Part shown: positions 27,431-40,069 of the stretch, in pieces
How positions within the stretch are numbered: the stretch's first letter is position 1
Layout: the number at the start of each line of letters is the position of its first letter
DNA from: Camelus dromedarius
Lineage: Eukaryota
Direction of reading: 5' to 3'
Length of the DNA: 64,000 nucleotides
NCBI RefSeq assembly: GCF_036321535.1
Contig: NC_087437.1
Coordinates: 31,994,001-32,058,000, forward strand
The notes under the pieces: generated by a model
Seen by the model: only the letters and a program-made list of their open reading frames with translations
Database searches by the model: none
What the model was told of the DNA's origin: nothing
Position numbers and translations under genes: made by a program

Positions 27431-29379
27431 TTTTAGGACCTTTATATTGTTCTAGTACTCAGTTTCCTCTGACTTCATTTGCACCTAACTGGACAAAAAG
27501 ATTTTATTGACTACCAGGTAGTAAACGCCTGTGAATTTCTATGTGTTAATGGTGGAGCTAGTGGGAAAGTGACTGGGAATTGGTAGGGTCATGTGACTTT
27601 GACTGGAGGAGGGGAATGGACTTAAAGTGACCAGGGAAGCCAGCTGATTTGCTGTTAATTTCTGGTGTCCCATAGTTTGGTCAACACATTATTAAGAAGG
27701 ATTTATATTTCAGGATGTCTTTCCTGATGTCTGATTGAAATTTTCTAATTGCATCATGTTTTGTTCCTGATTTATGGAGACGCTGGCATTTTTTAAAATA
27801 TATTAGAACAATGAACACTTGACAACAACTATTGTATCATGTGTCAATACCTTAAAAAAAAACTTTCAAATCTGATTTCTTCAGCCTATTGTCCTAGACT
27901 CCATTCCTACCTCTTCAGACACTCTCCTCCCTGAGGCTGACAAGGGATCTGGGCCCTGCCGGGGTGCTAACAAAACCAGAACAGTAACAAGACTTGGGCA
28001 CAGTACATGTCAGGCGCTAAGACAATCAGGGAAGCAGACTTTATTGTATAGCTAGTGACTTCTCTCAAGGAGGAAAGACACACTAACCTCTGCTTAACAA
28101 GATTCAAAATGCCCTGAGGATGGTATAGTGATGATTTGATATAATTAACACATAATCACAATCTTAAAATACCTTATTTTAATATTCAAGGTATATTTGA
28201 CTTTTCCATTTCTAAATATTATTCATTCATTGACTCACTCAACAAGTATTTATTACATGCTAAAAACACACAAGGAAGTATGCTAGACTTTTCCATATAT
28301 GCCTTCTGGACCTCACTGGACAATAAATCCTTTCAAAGCAGAGGTATTGTATCATATTCAACAAACACAACAAACATGCATTTCACAAATGAAATTGGGA
28401 TGCAAATACTATGCTAGTTTTGCATAATCAAGTAACAGAATATTTATTTCTATGTCTTGATCATCTTTAAACTTATAATTTAAGCAGAAAATGAACGCAA
28501 ATATCATCCATATGAATAATATATGTGTCAGCAATATGTCAGACCTTTCATATAGACGAAATATGTAATTTATATGCTACATAAAAATATGATAATGAGA
28601 TCAACAACCTATATAAACTTATCAGGGAGTCAAGAGTTTTGGTGAAAATAATGGTTTAAAACAAGATTTCTCTCAGACTCAAATACCCTTTCATGGAGCA
28701 AGAGGAAATGAGCAAAGAAATCCAAGTAGACTGAAGATTTCCACGCCAAACATTTTGATTCAATATGTTCTGCTATAAAATATTTGGCCTTGTTTGAATT
28801 TTTATTGCTATATGTTCTCAGTCTATATTTAACTGTGAGAAACACAAGTAAGAATGAGCAAATGTGCAAAATGTTCTTTTCAAGTGCATGGCAGTGAATT
28901 TGAGAAAACATATATTAAAGGAACACTTTGTGTTTTTAATTTGCAGCCCTTTTTCCAAGCCTCCCTTGGCCAGATACAATTCCATGTTTATTGAGCTAAG
29001 GACTCAGCTTACTTGGAATGAAAATTCTTAAGGGCCTCTCAGAGCCACCTCAGATAAGTACCTTGTTTCACAACAATTTCCAATAAAGTTTCTTTTATGT
29101 TCTGTCTTTTTCACAGGTGATATAAGGTCTAATTAGAAAGTCTCATAATGAAGACATTCAGTTCCCCAGTTTCTTCTTTGCTTAAATTAACTTTTTAAAA
29201 ATTAGGGCATTCAGCCTGGCATCAACTCAAACCTTATCTGAAACCAGCCAGCAATCTGTGCCTCATGAAGGCTGCAGTCCTTAACTGCCAGCTTCTTCCA
29301 CTCGTACCTTCTCCGTAGGGTGATACATTTTAATTGGTGCCTCTCTGTGAGCCCCTCACATCTCCATGTGGCCAAATAA

Positions 29380-29382
<3 letters not shown>

Positions 29383-29426
<44 letters not shown>
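29383..29426 (+). repeat. (TG)22 microsatellite
   Basis: Perfect dinucleotide run. Confidence 0.97.
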
Positions 29427-29429
<3 letters not shown>

Positions 29430-29789
29430 TTTTTTTTTGGATTCAACCTCATCCTGTTGGCTGAGCAGGAGGATAGACTTGCCACAATGGTGATCTTTAA
29501 GATGCGCAAAATCCCCAAATTCAAGGAACGGGGGCAGGTGGTATCATCAACGGCTCTCTAGAGGATGGCTTGTCTACAAAGTGGCTTGTGTTCAACAGTG
29601 TTTTGACACCATCTTTGGTTTAAACTGCAGTTCCTGAGCAGCGTCTGTGTTGAGATGGAGAACTCTGTGCTTTCTCAGAGGGCACATGAGTGATGAAATA
29701 TTCTGTTCCCAAGAGCAGCGGAACTTTTTGAATATTAGACTTATTATCAACCTATTTCTACTGGTCAGACTGGAGCAAGTGTAAACAGG

Positions 29790-30135
29790 AAGCAGAATGG
29801 AGAAATGGTTAAGAGCGTGGGCTCTGGAGTCAGATTGGGTTCAAATCCTGCCACTGTTAACTTATTACCTGTGTGACCTCAGGTAGTTCTCAGAATGCTC
29901 TATGCCTCGGTTTATTTTAATCAGTAAAATAGAGATAACATTGAAACTAGCCTTATAAGTTTACTGTAGTGGGGAGCATATAGCTCAGTCATAGAGTGCA
30001 TGCTTGGCATGCACAAGGTCCTGGGTTCAATCCCCAGCACCTCCACTTAAAAAAAAAAATTTATAGCAAAGGTTAAATGAGATATCTGACATGTTTAGCA
30101 TAGGGCTTCACTCATATTCACTTACAATCATTACT
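29790..30135 (+). mobile_element. MIR, split by the SINE at 29971
   Basis: gtttaagagcgtgggctctggagtcaga-like 5' end (tggttaagagcgtgggctctggagtcagattgggttcaaatcctg); resumes ggttaaatgagata after the insert. Confidence 0.75.
29971..30059 (+). mobile_element. tRNA-Ala-derived SINE (camelid Vic-1-like) with poly(A) tail
   Basis: ggggagcatatagctcagtcatagagtgcatgcttggcatgcacaaggtcctgggttcaatccccagcacctcca plus an A tail. Contains an A box (tagctcagt) and a B box (ggttcaatccc). Confidence 0.8.
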
Positions 30136-30717
30136 TTTCGGCAATGTTAGTGGACCAAGTTCCTTGGGCAGCAGAAAGGAAGGAGGAGGGTGAATAACCA
30201 GCTATAAAGTCATTCTTAAATAATTCCTTACTCTTTAAATGTCTCACTTGTCACTCAGTTCAAAAATCAAGCGAAAGTGTAAGGGGGGACTATGAGATGA
30301 GAGGGTCTGTGCAACCATTCACTCATTTAGTGTGATCTCATTTCTTTGGGGCTCTTAACAGAATGCTTGTTTTTCTCTAACCCTCAGGGTCATCTGGGTT
30401 GAAATAAAGAATGTTTCAGGGCAAATTGGCCAGTACCACTTTCTTGATAGCCACATAGATGTAAGGCACTGTTTCTCTTGTTTTTTTCTGGTTTATGTTT
30501 CTCTCCCTTTCAACATCTTCCCTTTTTCTCACTCTCACTTAGGCGTGACACCTTTCTCAGCACAGTGCAGAGGCGATCAGGAACACCTTTGAACATTATT
30601 CCAACTTAGGATGTTTATGCCAAAAGAAATCCAACCAGGACAGTGGGGCTTGTGGATCCCCATAAATCCCAGGAGCACAAAGGATTCTTAGCAGCCAGGG
30701 GGAGAGGGAGCTCTTAC

Positions 30718-30835
30718 CTGTTGCTTTCTCGGGGTTGTTGCACATGAAGCATTGCCACGCTCCTGCTGCTTCGCTGAAGCCAAACACGTCAAAGAACCTC
30801 ACTTCTTCCAGATGGAGCTGTACCTGGTCCAGATC
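30718..30835 (-). CDS. VEPH1: VEPH1 internal coding exon (118 nt): [39 protein letters not shown]
   Basis: Acceptor tgtccctgaaacag|GAT and donor ACAG|gtaaga. Phase 0/1. The last G joins TT of the next exon to give Val. Confidence 0.95.
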
Positions 30836-33390
30836 CTGTTTCAGGGACACAAAGCACAAAGAACATAAGCTGGCCTGCCTGCTGCATAGCATTCTGAGAC
30901 TGGGTAAAGGGTACGTGAGAGCAGGATGGCCAGGGCTCAACCTCAGTGTTAAGGACTTGGAGGGAGCACTGAGAAAACCTCTCTTGGTTCAGCTTGCAAA
31001 AGAGTGGCCAGCTCAAACTCTCCCAAGGGAGTGCTCTTAAATGCAGTGGGCAGTGAGCATGGGCCCCAGGGCTGGGCGTTGGGTTGTGGGGAAATGAGAA
31101 GCCAGAGCCTGAAGTGGCCCAGAATTTTCTTGTATCTAATGGCAGCTCCCAAATTTTTAAAGCCAAGGGGCAGTAGGGTTGAAAGGAATGCTTCTGGGGC
31201 TTTGCTTTTATTTACACTTCACATAAAACTGAGAATCAATTATTCATATCAAAACATTATTTTTATTAGGTTGGCTTTGCAGGGGACTGATGGAAAATGT
31301 GCAGGAGGGTTTAATCCCTCTGCTCTTGGCTCTGTTTTAATTTCATGCTTTATCTTGAAAGTGGATGCAAAATTTGCATTCTGTTCCAAAATATGGCTCT
31401 ATTGGTTTTAATGGAAAATAATGTCTTAAATTAGTTACCAGTAAATTAATTAATTTTTCCCCTCTAAATGATGGAGTAGAACTGACACACCGAGAAAATC
31501 GCCCCGTTTCACGTGCCCTGTGGCATCCTGCCAATGTGTTCCTGTTCAAGAGGCAGAAGAGAGAGGTTCCATTACACTGTAAATGGATGGAAAACTATTA
31601 GCCTAACCAAATTAAAAAGCTCTACTGTCCTCCAGAGGCTCTCCTATTATGCAAATGGCTTATAGCCTCTGCAACAGGGTGGCCAGAACTGCACTATTAA
31701 AAAGTTGCTTTCCTAAGAGAGATTTAATGTCTTTGCTAGCCTTGCATGTGCCCAGCTAATTCTGTTTGCCCTCTGCCCAGTTGTGATTTTATTTCCTTTC
31801 CTCTGGTCCACACACTCATCTTCTACCCATGGAAACAGCTCTTAGTATGCCCAAGAGCCCAGGGATAGAGGCACTGTTTGCACTGCTTATGGTGGATCTA
31901 AAATACAGAATGATACGTGGTTGCCCAGATCTTTTCCAAAGTTCCTATTTCCAAGGTCTGCCTTTCTTGATAAAGTGAGAAGTTTGCTAAACTCTATTCT
32001 CCCTGAAAGCAGAAACTTACCTGTGTTCACAAGTTGTATCACTAGAGTCTAGTTCAACATCAAGAATGGATTAAAATCATTGGTTTGCAGGCCCAGTGTA
32101 AAGTTTTCCAATGAACTATGTGAACAATATTTTGAAAATTTAAAAGAAATTCTTTTTAGAGAAGATTTACACTCACTGGAACAAAAACCCAATAAAGGCA
32201 GGGATTCTGTCTGTTGTATTGGCTGCTATAACTTCAGCGCTAAAAATAAGCACACATTAAATAAATATTTACAGAATAATGAAAGGCATAAACTGGGACT
32301 AGAAATGAATACTTTTCAGCATCCTTTATTAAGACTATTATGGCTTGTGTTCTGGGACTGAACATTTTGCAGGTTCAACATGCTGAATACAGGTTTTTGA
32401 GTTGCTAACATTTAATATCATATTTTAGGCATTCCAAGAGGCACTATGTATAAGGAATGCTGTTTTAGCAGAAGTGATTTTGAATGTCTTCAACGGGAAA
32501 AAAAGGAGAGTTTTTTTAAAAAAAGCATGTTTCCAAGATAAAGACTGAAGAAGCACCTGAGAATTTTGTGGGTTTCAAAGGATGAAATCCATATTAAAAT
32601 TTATGGGGAAAAAGCAGATGTTCACAAATATCAATTTCAAAACTGCTAAGTCTCTGAAGTCTGTCCTTGGCCATTGGCATTCAGATCATGTCTTTATTTC
32701 CCACACAATTAAGGATCAATTTTTCATTTGCCACAAACACTGCTAGCAAACAAAGTACTTAAAATAACACTTAAGGATTTCCTTATTTTTCCAGTTCTGA
32801 GACCAGAAGTGTCCCAGGTTGTTGTTTGTAATCCACACTTGTCTTGGCAAAAAGTTACTTAAAAAGTTTAAGACAGATGGCAAGTGACATGCCAGTGTTC
32901 AAGTTCTCAAGACAAATGCAGACTTACTTCTTCAGAGGATTTAGGTTTTGTGCAAAGGGAACTAGTGAGGGAGATACACAGTAATTCCATAAACTGTTGA
33001 AGTTGGCAATAACATTCAGCTTAGAACAGAGAGACAAATGAAACACAGGTGGTTCCAAATACTGGCGGAAAATCAAAGCAAAAAAAAAAAATCACAAAAC
33101 AAACAAACAAACAAACAGTCAATTTGTGATATCTAAATTTTTTGAATTTTTACTTCTTAAATGTTTTATTTATCTCTTACTTATCTTCTTCACCCTTGTG
33201 GTCCTGTAGCATTCCCCAGGCCTTGCCCAAGAATTACCATATGTCTTCTTCTTTTATTAAGACAAGAGAACTAAAACTGACTTGTTTAGAGAATTATGAA
33301 CTCCTTTTAGAAAACTAGACTCCAGAAGAGTAATAAAAATCATTCATCTCTAAGTAGAGTCACTCCCTGAGTATTTCAGTTCAAAGTCAT

Positions 33391-33556
33391 TGTGGTGGAC
33401 GGACCCTAGGCTGACCCTTCAATAACTTCCATTTCCTGGTGTTCATTCCTTCATACAATCCCTTTCTCTTAAGTGTGGGAGGGACCTGTAATTTGCTTCT
33501 AACCAAGAATATGGCAAAGGTGAAAGGATATTAATCTTGTGATGATATTATTATGT

Positions 33557-33592
<36 letters not shown>

Positions 33593-34004
33593 CCCATCTT
33601 GCCAACAGATGCTTAGGGAAACTCTCCTGCTGGCCTTGAAGAAGCAAACTGCCACGATATGAACTGTTTATGGAGAGGGCCACATGACTGGGAACTGTGG
33701 GTGGCCTCAAGGACCTACAGGGAGACTTCAGCCGAGATCCAGCCCTTCAGTTCTACAAGTCTCTCAAAAATGATTTTTGCCAACACCCTGAGCAAGTTTG
33801 AAAGTAAATCCTTTCCATTCAAACCTCCAAGTAAGAGCACAGCCTAGCCAATATCTTGATTGAAGCTTTGTAAGACTTCGAGCAGAGGACCCTGCTACAA
33901 GCACTCCTGACTCAAGGAAATTGTGAGATAAAAATATGAGATAAAAGTATAGTTTAAGCTGCTAGGTTTGTGGCAATTCGTTATGCAGCATTAAGCATCA
34001 ATAC
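33391..34004 (+). mobile_element. MaLR solo LTR (MLT1E/F/G-like) containing (AC)16 at 33559-33590
   Basis: Starts tgtggtgg. Internal ctgctggccttgaagaagcaaactgccac...ggagagggccacatgactgggaactg. 3' gtttaagctgctaggtttgtggcaattcgttatgcagca. Confidence 0.85.
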
Positions 34005-35594
34005 TGAGACTGTGCCGTGAAGAAGGGAAGGTAACACCTCTTTGGACAATTTTCAATGAAAATAATATTTCTACTTAGAGGTGTCACATTCTCCAAAGTA
34101 CACCCCAAATCAGGCCTCAATAAAACCCAAAGAATATTGAAGTCTATAGTATTTCCATTGACTTAAAAAGATACAGAATCATAGGAAGCATGCACTAAGA
34201 AGGATTTGCCTGCTAAACACCATTTAATTCAAAAGGGGTAAAAAGACCTTGAAGGGAAAAGTGATGTTTTAAAACAGCTGATTAAATGACTGTTTCTCTA
34301 GTTTTAGGGGAAAAAAAATCACTAATGGTAGTAGGAATTTGGAAAACTATGTAAAAAAACAGTCTCTTGCAAAGCCTCCTAGGGGAAAAATATGCCAAGC
34401 AGCTTGGAAAGATGGGAGGATATTTACAACATTATTTTGATGCTAGTGACAGCATGAGTCACTACTGTGGATTCTGTAAAAGTGCAAAGTGGCCTCTGGA
34501 TCGTATAATGTGGTCTACGTACTGTGAGAGGGTATTGGGAAACAATTTTCCCAAAATCAGTGAAAGCATACATCTGGAAGGACTCTGGGTTCTGGCACAT
34601 TTACATTCTGTTCTAACACTATTTTTGCACAGGTAGAAAACATAGGATTGCCTCATGTGCTCTGTGTGCCTATGGTTTATAGGACCGACACTAGGTACAT
34701 CCTCTATGCCTTAAGAAACATAAACAAGGGTTTTTATTTTTTAAACACTCCCCGATATTTTCACACAATATTAAGGTTTTCTGTCTTTATTTCTAGTGCA
34801 CATGTTCTAACCAGCTGGAGTCCAGGGTGTGAAAAATAAACTTACTGAGGGAAGAAAATTAATGATTCATCTTTACATTGTTCATCTTTATGTTATTTAT
34901 GTTGTCCTACACTGTGTAGTCATAGTGTCTTATAAGAAACACTGTATGTTGAATGAATAAAGTAGCAAAAGAGATTCTAAGGAATATTTATGCTATAATT
35001 TAATTTTTAAATTTATTTCAATTTCTGAAAAATATTACTGTCAGGAACAAGGATAAACAGATGGAGACACAGTCCAGTATTCCAAAGATGTGGGAAAGTA
35101 ATCCACTGGGTCCACAGTATTTCTCATAGAGGGAAACTGGAACACACCTTTATTTGTGTGTGGTTGTGATTATTATTAACCTTCTTCTGATGTGACTTTT
35201 TTGGCTGTCAACTGGATTAAAGCTCCTTAACAAGATTTCTATATTATTTTGCAGCTTCTGAAAATACTTAGTATAGCCCTCTGCCCATAGGAGTTGTTCA
35301 ATGATTTTTAAAAATTATTTGCTAATTGAGACACAGTTATATTCACAGTAGCATTTAGGTTTTCAATTTTCATGTCTATTCAGTTATGCATAGTTATGAC
35401 CAAAGCCCTTTTGGAACATATTTATTTTAAAAAACTACCTGTATCCCTCTGCATATTATAAGAATTCATCTTATTTAACTTTATAAAACAAGTTTTTAGA
35501 ATAAAATGTTAGTAACTGAAGAAGAATGTTTACATGAGTCCATCAATATAGTATGTTGTCTGCTTATTTTCAAGACTTCAACTTTTCCAGATCA

Positions 35595-35762
35595 CCAGTT
35601 TTCAGGAGGTACTGGCATCAGGAATCCCAGGGAAATTTGTTTCAAACATCAGATACAGGTTTCCTTCCTGGAAGCCTAACCTGACAAGTCTGTGTTTGGG
35701 CCTGGCAATCTGCATTTCTAAACAAACTCCCCAAGTTACTCTGACATGCACTGACTGGGAAA
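35595..35762. mobile_element. MER5-like MITE
   Basis: gggcctggcaatctgcatttctaaacaaactccccaagttactctga. Confidence 0.55.
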
Positions 35763-37089
35763 TTAATCATATATCCTTGGGAGCAGATGTGGGGATGACT
35801 GATAAGTCTCTATTAATTGATATTTGAGGAATTTTTCAGTCCTCATGTGTCTCAGTCATCAAGTATGTGTTCATACTTTTCCACAATAGTTTGGTTTTAT
35901 TTGACAAATAAACACAAATCTGGTTTGCAAGAGCAAAAATTCCATTCTTGAAAATCAGAGATGTTTTTATTCCAAATTTCACAATATGGAAGGAAGAGTT
36001 GAGGTGTGAATATATTGAACTTGTTGGGACTTAACTTGAAACTTGGCTGAAGACTGGGATGTGTGAGGAGGGAGGGGACAGATTCTGAGCAGGGTGCTGA
36101 CCTGGAAGAACTCACATGTGTTCCAGTGTTCAGCATGGCTGTCACACATGTGCTATGTTCCATCGTCTCTCATTTTGCTATCCCAGATTAGGAAAAGAAC
36201 TCTAGGTACACATGAGTGTTTGAGGTCACCATGGCAAGCTTTTTACTATCACTATGGATCATGAAATAGACTTGGCTTTCTTCTTATCTTTTGAGCCACA
36301 GTGTGTTGGGAAGGATTGAATTGCTTCCTGGCAAGTCATAGCAATTCTGACTATGGGTTTGGCTCCAAGTAGCTGGAAGAAAGCACTCATCTTTGATTTA
36401 TTTCAGAGAAGCTCTAAAGAACTCTTTCATTCAAGAACCAACAAATACAAGATAATATTTGATTTGATTCAAAAAGTCAAATTTTTACACTCACTGGATC
36501 ATGGAAAAAAAAAATCTGATTACAGAATGTTGGCAGTAAGCACGATGAGTTTAAATTAAGAAAAAAGCAGTTCATGGAATAGCTAATGTAAGAATATGGA
36601 CTGAGTAGAAAATAAAGATGGCAAAATGGGTGAAACTTCATAAATGTTTGATAAACCCATAATTAATTTCTTTATGGATCCAACTTCTTTTAAATTTTAG
36701 CTAGCCCATTAAAATCAGCAAAGTTTTTTTTTTTTTAACAGAGTAGAAGCAAGAGCAAAAGACGACCAATGTTCAAATGTCAAGAAAATGTTGATATTTC
36801 TACAGTTGTGTCAGCAGTAAAAATAATCACTGGAACTGTTGGCAACGAAAACCCTCATTCATATGGGATCTCCTTTCACATTGGAAAGCAAAAAATTGCA
36901 GTGACTTTTTCTAATCAACAGTTGCCACCAGCATTTAACACCTATATATTGAGCATCTAGTACTACTGTGTGTTGCTACGTGGTACTAGACCACACCGGT
37001 GCTAACGTGGAAAAAGCACATTGGAGGGGCTTTCTTTGTCTTCCTTGGGAATCAGTTAGTGAGATTACAATATTCCTCAACCATGTAGG

Positions 37090-38275
37090 TTATTTTGTTG
37101 GGGGTGAGGTCCTTCTCTTATTGTCTTATTTTTCTTCCTTGATCCCTGATACTACTCTCATTCCCAGACTGTTCCTCTCACCTCCCCTTTACATAAATTC
37201 TCATTCTTTTGGGTTTGATATAAGTCTTTGAATGAATATGTATTCTTTAAAAATATGTAGCCATGTTTAGGGTATTTGTCATTTTCACAAATATGTTATA
37301 CCATAGACCACATTCTATTTCTTGCTTGTTTCGCTCAAGATCTCTACATGGTGTTGTATATATTTAGTTTGTTGCCTCTACTGCAGCAATGGGATTTCAT
37401 ACTGCATTTCCATCACCCACCATAGTTTATCTAACCCTTATCTAACCCTAGTGATGGGCACCAAGGGTGCCTCCATCTTTGTACCTAGACAGACCATGAA
37501 AACAGTGAATGTTCTCATACACACCCTATTAAAGATGCAAGTAAGAATTTTTCTGAGATAATCACTCAGGAGTGAAACTGCTGGATCATAGGGTATGTGT
37601 TAAGAATATAGAGAAAATATTTTTATATTTCTGCACAGTTTGGGCATTCTGAGAAAATCTTACTGAAACATGGGAGCTGGGCTAAAAGAACAAGCTTTAG
37701 AAGTTAATTCACAATTAGAAAGTGAGAGGCAATCTAGAAACAATTCTCTTCCCAGAAGTATGTGCTCACATTTCAAGGTGTGGATGAGATCCAGGATTCG
37801 GAGACACCCCTGGGCTGTCAAACTGGAGACACTATGCCTTATCCTTCCCCTGGAACTGTCTATCTACAACCCTAAAGGTAAGAGTAAGAACCCAGAATCC
37901 TTCCCAAAGAGCAAATATTTTACTCTCCTTCTTTCAGATGAGTGAGGGTGCTGTCCCTCCCCTTTATAAATACCAAGATTCATATTTTCAGGGTTCCTTC
38001 CCTATAATACAGACCCTGGTGTGTGTAACATGACATCTGGTTCTCATCGTGTTGCCCCAAGGTTAACAACTGAGGCAAAGGGGAACCAGTGAGGTTATTT
38101 GCTGTAAATAGTAAGTCTCCTCTGCTCCACAAACCTTGTTTGCATGAGACAGTAAAATTTTAATCTTATGCATATTCTTAACTTCACTAGGTTCTGATAA
38201 CTTGCTTTTCAGAATGGCTGTTCAATTTACCCTCCCACCAGCACAGCATGACGAATTCTTTTTCCACATCACAAT
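37090..38275 (-). mobile_element. Old L1M(E)-like fragment interrupted at ~37598-38182 by a probable ERV solo LTR
   Basis: L1-like ...ggagtgaaactgctggatcatagggtatg resumes as ...ttcactagg...ccctcccaccagca. The insert starts tgttaagaatat and has TATAAA at ~37965. Confidence 0.45.
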
Positions 38276-38789
38276 AGAAGGCCTTTCTAAACTCTAAAGT
38301 TTCTTGAGGAATTACCACCGAACAACACTTTCTCATGCCTGAAATAGGCCATACTTTTGGTGACCACAGTCCTAGTGGTTTGACTGCATCAGGGGCTGGC
38401 AACAGTCTCTAGTGATTTCTTAAACCACAGGGAAAATCAACCACACTTCTATAGAACACGCTGTGTTTTTCTCTCTCTTTGTTGCCTTTTGCTGTCTCAA
38501 GAAGCATTCCAAGTTCTGGGAATTAGACCACCCTTCTAGGTACAATTATTTTAATATACTAGTGCATATCAACATTTGGCCAGGGTCTAGTTTTATTTTA
38601 AGAAGCATCATTTTGTTGACATGTTTACTACTTGGAGCAGTAGGAGATAAAACTGACTCTACCACAGATTTAGGGGAGAAGGCATTGTTTCCCATGATAT
38701 GGAAATTTCAAATGTCTCCATTTAGTCATTTAACAGATAGAGTATGGCGCTAAGCATTGGTGAAGTAATAGAGATTAAGGCAGATGTGA

Positions 38790-39180
38790 TAAGTTGATCT
38801 ACCCCTCAGCAGAGAAATGGATAAAGCAAACTCGGGCCGTTTACACAATGGAAAATTCCACATATACTAAGATGAATGAGCTAGAGCTACATATACGAAC
38901 AGATATATTTTTAAAACATAACATTAACCATAGAAAGCATATTGGGAAAGTTATGTGTGATATGGCAATACAATGTCAAATTTTAAAACAACAGTACAAA
39001 ACATTCATGGAAATAATACACACCAATCTTAGGAGGGTATTTGCAACAGTTTCTTTCTGTAAAGGGGAGTATATGAACTAAATATGGAAGAAATGTAAAT
39101 ATCTCTTCTTTCTTGTGGTGGGAATGGATATCATCTTTCTGCACTTCCCTGAATTTGTGAGTTATTTAATAAGAAATAAA
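38790..39180 (+). mobile_element. Old L1M 3' fragment
   Basis: gaaatggataaagcaaactcgg...acacaatggaaaattcc...aagatgaatgagctagagctacat. Confidence 0.6.
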
Positions 39181-40069
39181 AGTGAGGCAGAGAACACAGT
39201 CCAAGGAAGCAAAGAGACTGGCAGGGATTAGAATCTGTGAGGAAGACAGACTCTGCATGTGGTGGGGATTCCATGGTACCCCTCAAATCCCCTGTAGAGG
39301 AGTCCCCTTATTTTGCCTGTGTGAGGCTGGCCCTGGTGCTGCAGGTCATCATAGGATCTTCTGTTTTTCCTGATTTTTGCATTTATATTTGTGGGGGCTT
39401 CACATGAAAGCTTCTTTTAATCTAGCTCTTCAAACTCAGAGACAAAGAGATAATAAACATGGACTGCAAAGTGTTTGAAATATATTTGACTGTTTTGTTT
39501 TAGAAAACAAACCAAACCTAAAGCCAGCTGAGACCCAGTTCTGTCGTAGGGAAGTGTTACCAAATGGGTTAAATGACAAGTGATACTCGGGAATGAGATT
39601 CTTTCCTGCACAGTGGGGATGGTATAAAGAATGCGGGTTTTGGCGTCAGAAAATCTGATTTGAGCTCTGAGCCCTAGCAGTTCTTGGGAAATATCTTTAT
39701 TTCTCGGTACTTTCAACGTACTTCTCAATCTGTACAATGACTGTGATTCCTAAGCTGCCTCCTTCAGAGATCTGTTGCCACAAATCATTTCATGGATAAA
39801 TACACTACTTTGTAAACTGTAGAAAAATAGTACGAAGTAGTGATGATGATGATACAAACCAAGTAAGAAAAGAAGCTTCTTTTTATGCATATAAAATATA
39901 GTGCTTTTTTGTCTCTTAGCTAGACAAATACATGGAAATCTTTCCCAAATGAATGACTTCTTTAAGAAACACTGATGTTAGGCACCTGAGAAACATATTT
40001 CATTTTCTAAAAGCAAGTAATATACTTACCTGTCTGTTTTTGTTAGTTTGTTGTTAAACCTAGGAATAT

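Noticed and set aside
29971..30045. Functional tRNA-Ala gene
   Set aside because: The D-loop lacks the conserved GG (cagtcataga), there is extra 5' sequence, an A tail replaces a Pol III T-run terminator, and it is inserted within a MIR, so it is a SINE.
32015..32025. Consensus minus-strand donor CAG|GTAAGT
   Set aside because: It is an isolated motif with no convincing paired acceptor or ORF, and is expected by chance in long introns.
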